This document shows, in pieces, positions 29,025-39,668 of a stretch of DNA of 64,000 bases (the first letter of the stretch is position 1; each line of letters starts with the position of its first letter). A model generated the notes under the pieces. That model saw only the letters and a program-made list of their open reading frames with translations. It was not told the DNA's origin and made no database searches. The position numbers and the translations under genes were made by a program. Source of the stretch: Bacilli bacterium (GTDB lineage Bacteria; Bacillota_I; Bacilli_A; RF39; UBA660); the NCBI GenBank assembly GCA_028691955.1, contig JAQUYH010000001.1, forward strand, positions 94,386-158,385, written 5' to 3'.

Positions 29025-31655
29025 ATGAAATACGTTTACGCCTTTAAAGAAGGCAACAAAGATATGCGTAACTTATTAGGTGGTAAAGGTGCTAACTTAG
29101 CAGAAATGACAAACTTAGGCCTTCCAATACCTCAAGGTTTTACTGTAACAACTGAAGCATGTACAGATTATTACAAAAACGGCAAAACAATAAGCGAAGA
29201 TATTGAAAAGCAAATATTCGATGCTTTAGCCAGACTAGAAGAAATTCAAGGAAAGAAATTTGGAGACAATGCTGATCCACTATTAGTTAGTGTAAGAAGT
29301 GGCGCAAGAGCCTCTATGCCAGGGATGATGGATACAATCCTAAACCTAGGATTAAATGATGAAGCTGTAGAAGGCTTTGCAACTAAAACAGGTAATCCAC
29401 GTTTTGCATACGACTCATATAGAAGATTTATTCAAATGTATTCTGACGTTGTAATGGAATTATCAAAAAGCTTTTTCGAAAAAATAATTGATGGATTAAA
29501 AGAAGAAAAGCAAGTACAATTTGATACAGAACTTACTGTAGATGACTTGAAAGAATTAGTAAAGAGATTTAAAAAAGTATATAGTGACCATATGAATGGC
29601 GAAGAATTTCCACAAAACCCAATTGATCAATTAATGGGAGCTGTTAAAGCTGTATTTAGATCATGGGATAATCCTAGAGCTATCGTTTATAGAAGAATGA
29701 ACGATATTCCTGGAGATTGGGGAACAGCTGTAAACGTTCAAGCCATGGTATTTGGTAATATGGGAGAAACTTCAGGAACAGGTGTAGCTTTCACAAGAAA
29801 TCCTTCAACTGGAGAAAAAGGTATTTATGGAGAGTATCTAATTAATGCTCAAGGAGAAGACGTTGTAGCAGGAGTCAGAACACCACAACCAATTACAAAA
29901 CTAGCTGAAGACTTACCAGAATGCTATAAAGAATTCATGGAATTAGCTACTAAACTAGAAAATCACTATAAAGATATGCAAGATATGGAATTTACTATTC
30001 AAGAAGGTAAACTATATTTCTTACAAACAAGAAATGGAAAAAGAACAGCTCATGCAGCTATTCAAATTGCTTGTGATTTAGTAGATGAAAAAATGATTAC
30101 AGAAGAAGATGCTGTAATGAGAATTGAAGCAAAATCACTAGATCAACTTTTACATCCAACATTTGATTTAACAGAACTTAAAAATGGAGAAGTTATTGGA
30201 GAAGCACTTCCTGCCTCACCTGGAGCTGCTGCTGGTAAAGTAGTATTTACTGCAGAAGACGCAAAAAAACAAGGCAAGGGTGGAAAAGGAGAAAGAGTTA
30301 TCTTAGTTAGACTAGAAACTACACCAGAAGACATTGAAGGAATGGTAGCCGCACAAGGAATTCTTACTGTAAGAGGTGGAATGACTTCACATGCAGCCGT
30401 TGTAGCTCGTGGAATGGGTACTTGCTGTGTATCAGGATGTGGTGCTATTAAGATTAATGAAGAAGCAAAAGAATTCTCACTTGGTGGAAATACATTCCAT
30501 GAAGGAGATTATATATCATTAGATGGAACAACAGGTAAAATTTATAAGGGTGATATTAAGACTGTAGAAGCAACTGTAAGTGGAAACTTCGGAAGAATTA
30601 TGTCTTGGGCAGATAAATTTAGAAAACTAATTGTTCGTACTAATGCTGATAATCCAAGAGATACTAAAAAAGCTGTTGAACTAGGTGCAGAAGGTATTGG
30701 ACTATGTCGTACTGAGCATATGTTCTTTGAAGAAGATAGAATTCCAAAAATCAGAAAAATGATTTTATCTGAAACTTTAGAAGCAAGAGAAGAAGCTTTA
30801 AATGAATTAATACCTTTTCAAAAAGGTGATTTCAAAGCAATGTATAAAGAGTTAAAAGGCTTACCTATGACTGTACGTTATTTAGACCCACCTTTACATG
30901 AATTCTTACCAACAGAAGAAGAAGATATTATAGCTTTAGCAAAAGACATGAATGTATCAGTTGAACATATTAAAGAAAAATGTTCAGAACTTCATGAATT
31001 TAATCCAATGATGGGACATCGTGGTTGTAGATTAGCTGTAACTTATCCAGAAATAGCTAAAATGCAAACAAGAGCCTTAATAGAAGCTGCTATCGAAGTA
31101 CAAGAAGAAGACGGTTTTGAAATTAAACCAGAAATCATGATTCCTCTTGTTGGAGAAAAGAAAGAATTAAAATTTGTAAAAGACATTGTAGTAGAAACTG
31201 CAGAAGCAGTAAAGAAAGAAAGAAATTCTGACATTGAATACCACATTGGAACAATGATAGAAATTCCAAGAGCAGCTCTTACTGCCGATGAAATAGCAGA
31301 AGAAGCTGAATTCTTCTCATTTGGAACAAACGATTTAACACAAATGACATTTGGTTTCTCAAGAGATGATGCTGGTAAATTCTTAGATGCATACTACAAA
31401 AATAAAATATATGAATCAGACCCATTTGCTAGACTAGATCAAAACGGTGTAGGTAAACTAGTAAAAATGGCTGTTGAAAAAGGAAGAGTAACTCGTCCAA
31501 ATATTAAATTAGGTATTTGTGGTGAGCACGGTGGAGAACCATCAAGCATAGAGTTCTGTCATAAAGTAGGACTTACTTATGTTTCATGTTCACCATATAG
31601 AGTGCCTATTGCAAGATTAGCTGCAGCTCAAGCCGCATTAAAAGAGACAAAATAA
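29025..31655 (+). CDS. ppdK: pyruvate, phosphate dikinase
   Basis: full-length PPDK: nucleotide-binding N-domain, phospho-His domain GGMTSHAAVVARGMG, PEP-utilising C-domain. Confidence 0.9.
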   Translation: MKYVYAFKEGNKDMRNLLGGKGANLAEMTNLGLPIPQGFTVTTEACTDYYKNGKTISEDIEKQIFDALARLEEIQGKKFGDNADPLLVSVRSGARASMPGMMDTILNLGLNDEAVEGFATKTGNPRFAYDSYRRFIQMYSDVVMELSKSFFEKIIDGLKEEKQVQFDTELTVDDLKELVKRFKKVYSDHMNGEEFPQNPIDQLMGAVKAVFRSWDNPRAIVYRRMNDIPGDWGTAVNVQAMVFGNMGETSGTGVAFTRNPSTGEKGIYGEYLINAQGEDVVAGVRTPQPITKLAEDLPECYKEFMELATKLENHYKDMQDMEFTIQEGKLYFLQTRNGKRTAHAAIQIACDLVDEKMITEEDAVMRIEAKSLDQLLHPTFDLTELKNGEVIGEALPASPGAAAGKVVFTAEDAKKQGKGGKGERVILVRLETTPEDIEGMVAAQGILTVRGGMTSHAAVVARGMGTCCVSGCGAIKINEEAKEFSLGGNTFHEGDYISLDGTTGKIYKGDIKTVEATVSGNFGRIMSWADKFRKLIVRTNADNPRDTKKAVELGAEGIGLCRTEHMFFEEDRIPKIRKMILSETLEAREEALNELIPFQKGDFKAMYKELKGLPMTVRYLDPPLHEFLPTEEEDIIALAKDMNVSVEHIKEKCSELHEFNPMMGHRGCRLAVTYPEIAKMQTRALIEAAIEVQEEDGFEIKPEIMIPLVGEKKELKFVKDIVVETAEAVKKERNSDIEYHIGTMIEIPRAALTADEIAEEAEFFSFGTNDLTQMTFGFSRDDAGKFLDAYYKNKIYESDPFARLDQNGVGKLVKMAVEKGRVTRPNIKLGICGEHGGEPSSIEFCHKVGLTYVSCSPYRVPIARLAAAQAALKETK

Positions 31656-31678
31656 AGCAACAAAAGTTGCTTTTTTTT
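31655..31678 (+). terminator. rho-independent terminator after ppdK
   Basis: AAGCAAC-AAAA-GTTGCTT then T7. Confidence 0.6.
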
Positions 31679-31763
31679 GCGATTTACACCTACATAAATA
31701 TTTGATATAATAAAAATAATATTAATACAATCGGTCAGTATAAAATTAATATGAGGTGATATT

Positions 31764-33692
31764 ATGTTAAAGAAAGCAATGTATATATTTCTATCAATTA
31801 TTGTTATATTTGTTTTGGTTTGCATTGAGTTAAATAATTTCAACAATAATAGCAAGTCTGTAGAACGAAAAATCAGTTTAGTAGAAAAAGAGACTGAATT
31901 AGAAAGCGATTTTTGTGCGGTAGGATATACTGTAAACAACCCCACTGTTATATTAGATCCTTACGACAATTCACCATTAACTGCTTTAGTAATGTTTGAA
32001 ACTGAAGAGGATGTTTCAGTAACAATAACTATAGTAGGGAAAGATGAATTAACCACATTTACAAATACATTTGAAAGCTCAAATGAGCACTATATTCCAA
32101 TATATGGATTATATCCTGATTATAATAATGAAATAATTATAGAATATGGTGAAGTTAAAACGACTATATATATTCAAACAGATCCATTACCAGAAGACTT
32201 TATACTACCAGAATATGTATATGCGGATAAAGAGAAACTAACAAATGATTTATACTTTTATACGCCATCTAGTAGAGGGTATACATGCGCATACGATGTT
32301 AATGGAGATGTGAGATGGTATTTAACAAACTATGCATTATGGGATAATACAAGACTAGAAAATGGTCATTTACTAGTTAGTACAGAAAGACTAATTAATG
32401 AGCCATATTATATGACAGGATTATATGAAATAGATTTACTAGGTAAAATATATACTGAATTTAGTCTCCCAGGTGGTTATCACCACGATTACTTTGAAAT
32501 GCCCAATGGAAATTTATTAGTTGCCAGCAATGACTTTTATAATGAAGATGGTACTGTAGAAGACTATGTAGTAGAATTAGATAGAAATACAGGAAAAACA
32601 GTTAAAACATTTGATTTAAAAGATATTTTAAATATGACAGATGGTAAAAGTGAAAACTGGACAGTATATGATTGGTTTCACAACAATTCCGTTTGGTATG
32701 ATGAAAAAACAAGCTCTATTACTTTATCTGGAAGACATGTTGATGCTGTTATAAATATTGATTATGATACTGGAAATTTAAATTGGATTTTAGGTGATCC
32801 TACTAATTGGAGTGAGGAATATCAAAAATACTTTTTCACACCAATAACAGATGACTTTGAATGGCAATGGAGTCAACATGCAGCTATGATAACTCCAGAA
32901 GGAAATGTTTTCTTGTTTGATAATGGAAACAATAAGTCAAAAAATGAAGAAGATTATGTGAGCGCTACTGATAGTTATAGTAGAGGAGTAATGTATAAAA
33001 TAGATACTGAAAATATGACCATCGAACAAATTTGGGAGTACGGTAAAGAAAGAGGAAGTACATTTTATTCTCCATATATATCAGATGTAGACTATATTGA
33101 TAGCAATCATTATATAATAGAGTCAGGCGGAATAGTATTTTTAAATGGAAAAGCCTGTAATTATCCAGCTGGACTCACAGAATATGATGAACTTCTAAGC
33201 GATACAGTAGAACTATTAAACGATGAAATTATATTTGAATTAAAACTTCCAACCAATACATATAGAGTAGAGAAGATGAGCTTATATACAAATAGTAAAG
33301 AACTTTCAATAACTCCAGCAGAAAGACTTGGAAGTTTGGGAGAAACAGAAGTTACAGAAACAAAAATCGATTTAGTGATAAACAGCAAAGATATAGAAGA
33401 AGAATACTTGTCTCATAATATCAGCATTACTAAACAAATTGATAGATTAGTAGTAAGTGGAGAATTTACAAAAGAAAATAAAGTAAACATTGTTTTATAT
33501 CAAAATTTTAAAGCTAAATATTACAATTTTGTTATAAGTTCAAAGCCATACACCGCTCTTTGTGTAAATATAACTACGGATAGTTTATCAGTAACAAAAT
33601 ATATAAATAGTGTTAATTTAAAAGGTAAATACTCAATATATATAGAAATAGATGGTATTTTATATAATACAAAAGAATATGTAGAATTTTAA
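31764..33692 (+). CDS. arylsulfotransferase (ASST)-family beta-propeller protein, membrane-anchored
   Basis: N-terminal TM; conserved His cluster (GGYHHDYFEMPNG, WQWSQHAAM); about 640 aa. Confidence 0.45.
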   Translation: MLKKAMYIFLSIIVIFVLVCIELNNFNNNSKSVERKISLVEKETELESDFCAVGYTVNNPTVILDPYDNSPLTALVMFETEEDVSVTITIVGKDELTTFTNTFESSNEHYIPIYGLYPDYNNEIIIEYGEVKTTIYIQTDPLPEDFILPEYVYADKEKLTNDLYFYTPSSRGYTCAYDVNGDVRWYLTNYALWDNTRLENGHLLVSTERLINEPYYMTGLYEIDLLGKIYTEFSLPGGYHHDYFEMPNGNLLVASNDFYNEDGTVEDYVVELDRNTGKTVKTFDLKDILNMTDGKSENWTVYDWFHNNSVWYDEKTSSITLSGRHVDAVINIDYDTGNLNWILGDPTNWSEEYQKYFFTPITDDFEWQWSQHAAMITPEGNVFLFDNGNNKSKNEEDYVSATDSYSRGVMYKIDTENMTIEQIWEYGKERGSTFYSPYISDVDYIDSNHYIIESGGIVFLNGKACNYPAGLTEYDELLSDTVELLNDEIIFELKLPTNTYRVEKMSLYTNSKELSITPAERLGSLGETEVTETKIDLVINSKDIEEEYLSHNISITKQIDRLVVSGEFTKENKVNIVLYQNFKAKYYNFVISSKPYTALCVNITTDSLSVTKYINSVNLKGKYSIYIEIDGILYNTKEYVEF

Positions 33693-33845
33693 AACATTGA
33701 TTAAATTCAATGTTTTTTCTTTTAATTATTGACAAGTGTATAATAAAACATCAAAACAAATAAAAATTGATTTTACTATTTCATATTATGAAACTTTATT
33801 AATTAAATTTAATATGATATAATTTATAATAATAAGAAGGTATAT

Positions 33846-34367
33846 ATGAATTATGAACTAAAAATAATAAATATAGATATGGCTCACGATGTATATGAAA
33901 TGTATAAAGATATTCCTTTTAAAGAAGTAGGATCTACAAACATAATTAAAAACCAAACTTACGAACAGTTTAAAAAGCAACTAAAAGAATTTAAAAATGA
34001 AGAAAATATAAAAAACGAACATTTAGATACAACAACTAATAGATACATTTTTTATCTAAACAACATTCCTATTGGTGAAATAGGTATAAGAACAACCTTA
34101 AATGATTTTTGGATAAATAGAGGAAGTCAGATATTTTATAAGCTAAGATACTATTATAGACATAAAGGTTATGGAACAAAAATGTTAGAATTAGCCTTAA
34201 TTGAATGCAAAAAACTAGGAATGAAACAAGTAAGAGTAAATTGCTCTGATACAAATATAGCTTCAAAACGAATAATAGAAAAAAATGGTGGCACAATAGA
34301 CATAAAAAACTATAAAAACAAAGATGGTTATAGCAGCAGTTATATAATAAAGCTGGAGGAAATATGA
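33846..34367 (+). CDS. GNAT-family N-acetyltransferase
   Basis: motif [11 protein letters not shown]. Confidence 0.6.
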   Translation: MNYELKIINIDMAHDVYEMYKDIPFKEVGSTNIIKNQTYEQFKKQLKEFKNEENIKNEHLDTTTNRYIFYLNNIPIGEIGIRTTLNDFWINRGSQIFYKLRYYYRHKGYGTKMLELALIECKKLGMKQVRVNCSDTNIASKRIIEKNGGTIDIKNYKNKDGYSSSYIIKLEEI

Positions 34368-35053
34368 TAAAATTGGTTTTAGTAAGACACGGAGAAAGTA
34401 TCTGGAATTTAGAAAACAAGTTTACGGGTTGGACTGATGTTGAACTTTCTAAAAAAGGAAAAGAAGAAGCCAAACAAGCTGGAATTACTTTAAGAAATAA
34501 CAACTATACTTTTGATATAGCCTATACTTCAGTTTTAATAAGAGCAAAAGACACCTTGAAATATATATTAGAAGAAATAAATGAGCAAAATATTACAATA
34601 AAACAAAGTTGGAAATTAAATGAAAGACACTATGGAGCTTTACAAGGCTTAAACAAAGACGAAACAAGAAAAAAATACGGAGATAAGCAAGTAGAATTAT
34701 GGCGAAGAAGCGTAGATATTAGGCCACCAGCTCTCACAATAAAAGATAAAAGATATCCAGGAAATGATATAAAATATAAATCTTTAAATAAAGAAGATTT
34801 ACCTTTAACTGAAAGCTTATTAGATACAGAAAAAAGAGTGATAGCATATTGGAAATCAAACATAAAAAAAGACCTTTTAAATAATAAAAAAGTAATTATA
34901 GTCGCCCATGGCAATAGTATCAGAGCTTTAATAAGATATTTAGATGAATTGTCAGATGAGGAAACAACAAAATTAGAAATAGCAACCGGATTACCAATTT
35001 GTTATGAATTAGATGATAATCTAAAACCAATAGAACATTATTATATTAAATAA
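34364..35053 (+). CDS. gpmA: 2,3-bisphosphoglycerate-dependent phosphoglycerate mutase
   Basis: [10 protein letters not shown]…TGW catalytic His motif; overlaps the previous gene. Confidence 0.85.
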   Translation: MIKLVLVRHGESIWNLENKFTGWTDVELSKKGKEEAKQAGITLRNNNYTFDIAYTSVLIRAKDTLKYILEEINEQNITIKQSWKLNERHYGALQGLNKDETRKKYGDKQVELWRRSVDIRPPALTIKDKRYPGNDIKYKSLNKEDLPLTESLLDTEKRVIAYWKSNIKKDLLNNKKVIIVAHGNSIRALIRYLDELSDEETTKLEIATGLPICYELDDNLKPIEHYYIK

Positions 35054-35112
35054 CTTTAACACCCCAATTTCACAATATTTTCATAAAAAAACGATATAAT
35101 TTCATAGAAGAG

Positions 35113-35961
35113 GTGGTCATTATCAAAAAAATAATTTTAGATATATTCTTATTTGTAATATTTATGATATTAATGTTTACTAACATAACAGGCGTTTTTT
35201 GGCATGAAATACTAGGTATCCTTGTTTTTCTACTAACTATTCTGCACGTTTTTATAAATCGCAAATGGTTATTTAGCATATCAAAAAATCTAAATAATCC
35301 TAAAATCAGTTTCAAATTTAAATTTATGTGTGTAATAGATTGGATAATGATAATATTATCTATTATATTGACTATAACAGGAATGATACTATCAATTGAT
35401 ATATTTAATTTTATTCAAGCAAGCAACTATGACTTTTATTATAACATTCATGTCTATGGAGCTGATATAGAAATTCTTATTATGTTTATCCACTTGTCCT
35501 TGCACCTAAAAGAAGTACTTAGAAAACTAAAAATTAAAAATCCAAGTACTATTATTCCTATTATAATATTTGTATTAATGATAACAGCTACTTATTTTAT
35601 ATATAGAGATATGTTTAAATCAAATCAATACCAGTACCAAAACACGGATAATTCAAACGGTTCAGATAACTCAAGTGACAGTACAAAAACCGATAATTTA
35701 GATAACACAGACAATACCACTAATGATGATGAAATAAAAGAAACAGAAACTGATGTAGTTGAAACACTAAAAGAATATTTAAGCAAACTTCATTGTGATG
35801 GGTGCGGAAGACACTGCTTATTATCGGCCCCACAATGTAGTAAAAGTGAACCATATATAGAAGCAGCTACAGCTGATTATTATGAAAAATATAATTTAAC
35901 TGAGACTGCAAATGGTATTAGTTATAACTATGAAGGTTATACTATAGATATTTTATTATAA
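35113..35961 (+). CDS. polytopic membrane protein with an Asn/Asp/Thr-rich linker and a C-terminal Cys motif (CDGCGRHC…C…C)
   Basis: GTG start in the track; 4-5 TMs; low-complexity linker then four Cys. Confidence 0.5.
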   Translation: MVIIKKIILDIFLFVIFMILMFTNITGVFWHEILGILVFLLTILHVFINRKWLFSISKNLNNPKISFKFKFMCVIDWIMIILSIILTITGMILSIDIFNFIQASNYDFYYNIHVYGADIEILIMFIHLSLHLKEVLRKLKIKNPSTIIPIIIFVLMITATYFIYRDMFKSNQYQYQNTDNSNGSDNSSDSTKTDNLDNTDNTTNDDEIKETETDVVETLKEYLSKLHCDGCGRHCLLSAPQCSKSEPYIEAATADYYEKYNLTETANGISYNYEGYTIDILL

Positions 35962-35996
35962 AAGTTTAAAAAAATATAAAAAACAGTAAAATATTG

Positions 35997-36025
35997 TTGA
36001 AAATCAAATATTTAAGTGTTATAAT
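35997..36025 (+). promoter_or_regulatory. sigma-A-type promoter TTGAAA-17-TATAAT for rpsU-yqeY
   Basis: near-consensus hexamers with 17-nt spacing. Confidence 0.6.
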
Positions 36026-36056
36026 ACGGTTGGTATGAAGAAGGGAGGGATTATTA

Positions 36057-36263
36057 ATGACAAAAGTTGTAGTTAGAGATGGTAAGAATGGATTAGAGTC
36101 AGCTCTTAGAACATTTAAACAAAAAACTGCAAAAGACGGCCTCCTAAAAGAAGTACGAGAAAGAAACGAAGGTTACATGAAGCCTGGAGTTAAAAGAAGA
36201 AAAGCCAAAAAAGAGGCTATTAAAAACAGTCGTAAAAAAGAAAGATTAAATAGAGCCTATTAA
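36057..36263 (+). CDS. rpsU: 30S ribosomal protein S21
   Basis: strong promoter TTGAAA-17-TATAAT; RBS GGGAGGGA; canonical S21 sequence. Confidence 0.9.
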   Translation: MTKVVVRDGKNGLESALRTFKQKTAKDGLLKEVRERNEGYMKPGVKRRKAKKEAIKNSRKKERLNRAY

Positions 36264-36275
36264 TAGGCTCTTTTC
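36252..36275 (+). terminator. rho-independent terminator/attenuator after rpsU
   Basis: AGAGCCTA-TTAA-TAGGCTCT then T4. Confidence 0.5.
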
Positions 36276-36293
36276 TTAAAATAAGGAGAAATT

Positions 36294-36731
36294 ATGAGAG
36301 AACAAATTTTAGAAGATTTAAAAAACGCAATGAAAAACCAAGATAAAGAGAAATTATCAGTAATTAGAATGTTAAAAGGAGCTATGCAATTAGAAGAGAT
36401 CAATTTAAAGAGAAATTTAAATGATGGTGAAGTAATCAGTATAATAGCTAAACAAATAAAAACAAGAAAAGAATCTATAGAAAGCTTTATAGCTGGTAAC
36501 AGATCTGATTTAGTAGATAAAACAGAACAAGAAATAAAAGTATTATCAGAATACTTACCAAAACAATTAACAGAAGACGAGATAAAAAAAGAATTAGAGA
36601 ATATAATTGCAGAAGTTAAGCCTAACGGAATTCAAGATATGGGCAAAATTATGGCTAAAGCCAAAGAAGTGCTTAATGGTAAAGCTGATTTAGGATATGT
36701 AAGTAAACTTATAAAAGAAAAATTAAATTAA
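36294..36731 (+). CDS. yqeY: GatB/YqeY-domain protein
   Basis: YqeY family sequence; conserved position after rpsU. Confidence 0.8.
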   Translation: MREQILEDLKNAMKNQDKEKLSVIRMLKGAMQLEEINLKRNLNDGEVISIIAKQIKTRKESIESFIAGNRSDLVDKTEQEIKVLSEYLPKQLTEDEIKKELENIIAEVKPNGIQDMGKIMAKAKEVLNGKADLGYVSKLIKEKLN

Positions 36732-36817
36732 TATTACTGAAAGGTAATATTTTTCTTATATAGGTTGATTATCGCTATAGTATTTATTATAATAATATTA
36801 TAGAAAAGAGTGTAGAC

Positions 36818-37498
36818 ATGAAAAAAGGCAAACTAATAGTTATTGAAGGAACAGATAGTTCAGGAAAAGAAACACAAGCTAAAGCATTAGTCAAAAACTT
36901 AAGTGCCAATAATATTAAAGCAGCATATTACTCATTTCCAAACTATAATACTCCAACTGGTAAGATAATAGCCGGTCCTTATCTAGGAAAAGAAGCAGTT
37001 TGCTCAGGATGGTTTGAAGAAGGCGCATCAAACGTTGACCCCATGGTAGCATCATTATACTATGCAGCGGATAGAAAATATAATATAAATGATATTAAAG
37101 ATCTACTAAGAAAAGGTTACAATGTAATATTAGATAGATACTGTGATTCAAATATGGCTCATCAAGCAGGTAAAGAAGAAAATATTAAAAAAAGAAATAA
37201 GCTATACAAAAATCTAGAAAAATTAGAATATGGCATACTTAAGTTAATCAAGCCAGACTTCACTATTTTCTTACATTTACCCTATCAATATTCTAAAAGA
37301 GCATTAGAAATTAGATTAGAGATTCCAGATCAACATGAAGCGTCATTAGAACATTTAAAAAAGGCTGAATTAGCCTATTTAGAAATAGCCCAAATGCATG
37401 ACTATATAACAGTAGAATGTGTTAAAGATGAAGGAAGAAAGACAGTTGAGGAATTAGAAACTGAAATTTACAATATAGTAAAAGACAAAATTCAATAA
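36818..37498 (+). CDS. tmk: thymidylate kinase-like nucleoside monophosphate kinase (atypical P-loop GTDSSGKET)
   Basis: IVIEGTDSSGKET P-loop; DRY motif LDRYCDSNMAHQ. Confidence 0.55.
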   Translation: MKKGKLIVIEGTDSSGKETQAKALVKNLSANNIKAAYYSFPNYNTPTGKIIAGPYLGKEAVCSGWFEEGASNVDPMVASLYYAADRKYNINDIKDLLRKGYNVILDRYCDSNMAHQAGKEENIKKRNKLYKNLEKLEYGILKLIKPDFTIFLHLPYQYSKRALEIRLEIPDQHEASLEHLKKAELAYLEIAQMHDYITVECVKDEGRKTVEELETEIYNIVKDKIQ

Positions 37499-37533
37499 AA
37501 AGTAACCCTTTTTATTGTTTTTTTGTAATAATA

Positions 37534-37542
37534 TGTTATAAT
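37534..37542 (+). promoter_or_regulatory. extended -10 (TGTTATAAT) for rpsB-tsf, followed by a roughly 100-nt leader
   Basis: TGnTATAAT about 110 nt upstream of the rpsB ATG. Confidence 0.45.
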
Positions 37543-37649
37543 TAATTTGGCTTTTTCAAATAAGCATGACATGAATTGTTACGCCAAGTGCCATAATGGT
37601 GGTGTAATTTAGAAATGTCAGAAGAAAAAAACAAAAGGAGGAATATTTT

Positions 37650-38732
37650 ATGACAGTAGTATCTATGAATTATCTACTAGAAGCTGGAGTTCACTTTGGT
37701 CATCAGACTAAAAGATGGAATCCAAAAATGAAAGAGTACATTTTTACTTCAAGGGATGATATTTATATCATTGACTTACAAAAAACAGCTAAATTAATAG
37801 AGGAGGCTTACACAGCTTTATATGAAATAGCTAAAAATGATGGCAAAGTTTTATTTGTTGGAACTAGAAAACAAGCTAGTGAAGCAATAAAAGATGAAGC
37901 TATCAGATCAAATTCTTATTATGTTTCAGAAAGATGGCTTGGTGGTACCTTAACAAACTTTAGAACAATTAGAAAAAGAGTTAAGAGATTAGAAGACATT
38001 GAGAAAATGGAATCAGATGGAACATTTGATTTACTTCCAAAAAAAGAAGTTATTGGTTTAAAGAAAGAATACAATAAATTAAATAAATTACTATGTGGTA
38101 TTCGTGAAATGAATAAAATACCTAATGCTTTATTTATTGTTGATCCTTCAAAAGAATATAATGCTATTAAAGAGGCAAGAATTCTTCATATTCCAGTATT
38201 TGGAATAGTTGATACTAATTGTGACCCAGACATGGTAGATTATGTAATACCAGGAAATGACGATGCAATTAGAGCCGTTAAACTAATCACAGGTGTTTTA
38301 GCTAATGCAATTGTAGAAGCTAATGGTGGAGAATTAGTTGACTTTGTTTCAGAAAATAAAAAAGAAGATGACAAAGGAATAATGGAAAAAGCATTAGAAA
38401 CAGTTAAGCCAAGAGAAGAAAGACCAAGAAATTTTCAAAACAACAATAATAGAAATTTTGATAGAAGAAACAATAAGCCAAGATTTGAAAACAGATTTGA
38501 AAATAAAAGAGAAGATAAAGTAGAAGTAAAAGTAGAAAATAAAATAGAAGAAAAAATAGAAAAAAAAGAAGTTGAAAAACCTGCCAAAGTAACAGAACCT
38601 GTTAAAGAAAAAGCTAATGATAAAGATTTATCAAAATTAACAGTTGCTGAATTAAGAGAAATGGCAAAAGACAAAGACATTAAAGGTTATTCTACACTTA
38701 AAAAAGCAGAACTTGTAGAAGCTTTAAGATAA
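37650..38732 (+). CDS. rpsB: 30S ribosomal protein S2 with a roughly 110-aa C-terminal extension (Lys/Glu/Asn-rich plus Rho-N/SAP-like motif)
   Basis: canonical S2 core ([13 protein letters not shown]…); tail [33 protein letters not shown]. Confidence 0.9.
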   Translation: MTVVSMNYLLEAGVHFGHQTKRWNPKMKEYIFTSRDDIYIIDLQKTAKLIEEAYTALYEIAKNDGKVLFVGTRKQASEAIKDEAIRSNSYYVSERWLGGTLTNFRTIRKRVKRLEDIEKMESDGTFDLLPKKEVIGLKKEYNKLNKLLCGIREMNKIPNALFIVDPSKEYNAIKEARILHIPVFGIVDTNCDPDMVDYVIPGNDDAIRAVKLITGVLANAIVEANGGELVDFVSENKKEDDKGIMEKALETVKPREERPRNFQNNNNRNFDRRNNKPRFENRFENKREDKVEVKVENKIEEKIEKKEVEKPAKVTEPVKEKANDKDLSKLTVAELREMAKDKDIKGYSTLKKAELVEALR

Positions 38733-38756
38733 ATTGTAGTTGAAAGGAATGATTTT

Positions 38757-39632
38757 ATGATAAGCGCTAGCTTAGTTAAAGAATTAAGAGAAAAAACCGG
38801 AGCAGGAATGCTTGATTGTAAAAAAGCACTAGAGGCTACAAATGCTGATATGGATCTAGCCGTAGATTGGTTAAGAGAAAAAGGAATTTCTAAAGCCATG
38901 AAAAAAGCTGACCGTATAGCCGCTGAAGGTATTGCTTCAATACTAATTAAAGGTAATGAAGCAGCAATTGTAGAAGTTAATTCAGAAACAGATTTTGTTG
39001 CTAAAAATACTGAATTTACTTCAATGGTTGAAGAAATACTAAATGTAATAATTGAATCTGATGTTAAAACTGTAGAAGAAGCTTTAAATTTAAGTACAGA
39101 AAATGGCACAGTTCAAGATTTGATTGTAGCTAAAACAGCAAAAATTGGTGAAAAATTATCACTAAGAAGATTTGAAAAAGTTATTAAAGAAGACACCGAT
39201 GTGTTTGGAGAATACATTCATATGGGTGGCAAAATAGCAACACTAGTATTGCTAAGTGGAGCTAATGAAACAGTAGCTAATGATGTAGCTATGCAAGCAG
39301 CAGCTATGAGACCATTATATACAAATCCTTCAATGGTACCTGATGATGTACTAGAAAAAGAAAAAAGCATAATGAAAGAACAATTACTAAATGAAGGAAA
39401 ACCAGCAGACAGAATAGAAAATATATTAGTTGGGAAAGTAAAGAAATATTATGAAGACGTTTGTCTTGAAAACCAAATATATATTAAAGCAGAAAACAAA
39501 GAAACAGTTGGAGAGTACGTCGCAAAGAATGATGGCGTTATTTTAAATATGATTCGCTTTGAAGTAGGCGAGGGTATGGAAAAAAGATGTGAAAATTTTG
39601 CTGAAGAAGTTGCTAAACAAATTAATGGTTAA
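38757..39632 (+). CDS. tsf: elongation factor Ts
   Basis: UBA-like N-terminus LVKELREKTGAGMLDCKKAL; follows rpsB. Confidence 0.9.
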   Translation: MISASLVKELREKTGAGMLDCKKALEATNADMDLAVDWLREKGISKAMKKADRIAAEGIASILIKGNEAAIVEVNSETDFVAKNTEFTSMVEEILNVIIESDVKTVEEALNLSTENGTVQDLIVAKTAKIGEKLSLRRFEKVIKEDTDVFGEYIHMGGKIATLVLLSGANETVANDVAMQAAAMRPLYTNPSMVPDDVLEKEKSIMKEQLLNEGKPADRIENILVGKVKKYYEDVCLENQIYIKAENKETVGEYVAKNDGVILNMIRFEVGEGMEKRCENFAEEVAKQING

Positions 39633-39637
39633 TTAAA

Positions 39638-39668
39638 AAGATATCAAATGCTTGATATCTTTTTTTTA
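39638..39668. terminator. bidirectional terminator between tsf and yigZ
   Basis: AAGATATCAA-ATGC-TTGATATCTT flanked by an A-run and T9. Confidence 0.6.

Noticed and set aside
35070-35315. 81-aa minus-strand ORF overlapping the start of the 35113 membrane-protein gene
   Set aside because: It is entirely antisense to a better-supported gene and upstream spacer. It has no RBS, and its composition is typical of AT-rich antisense frames.
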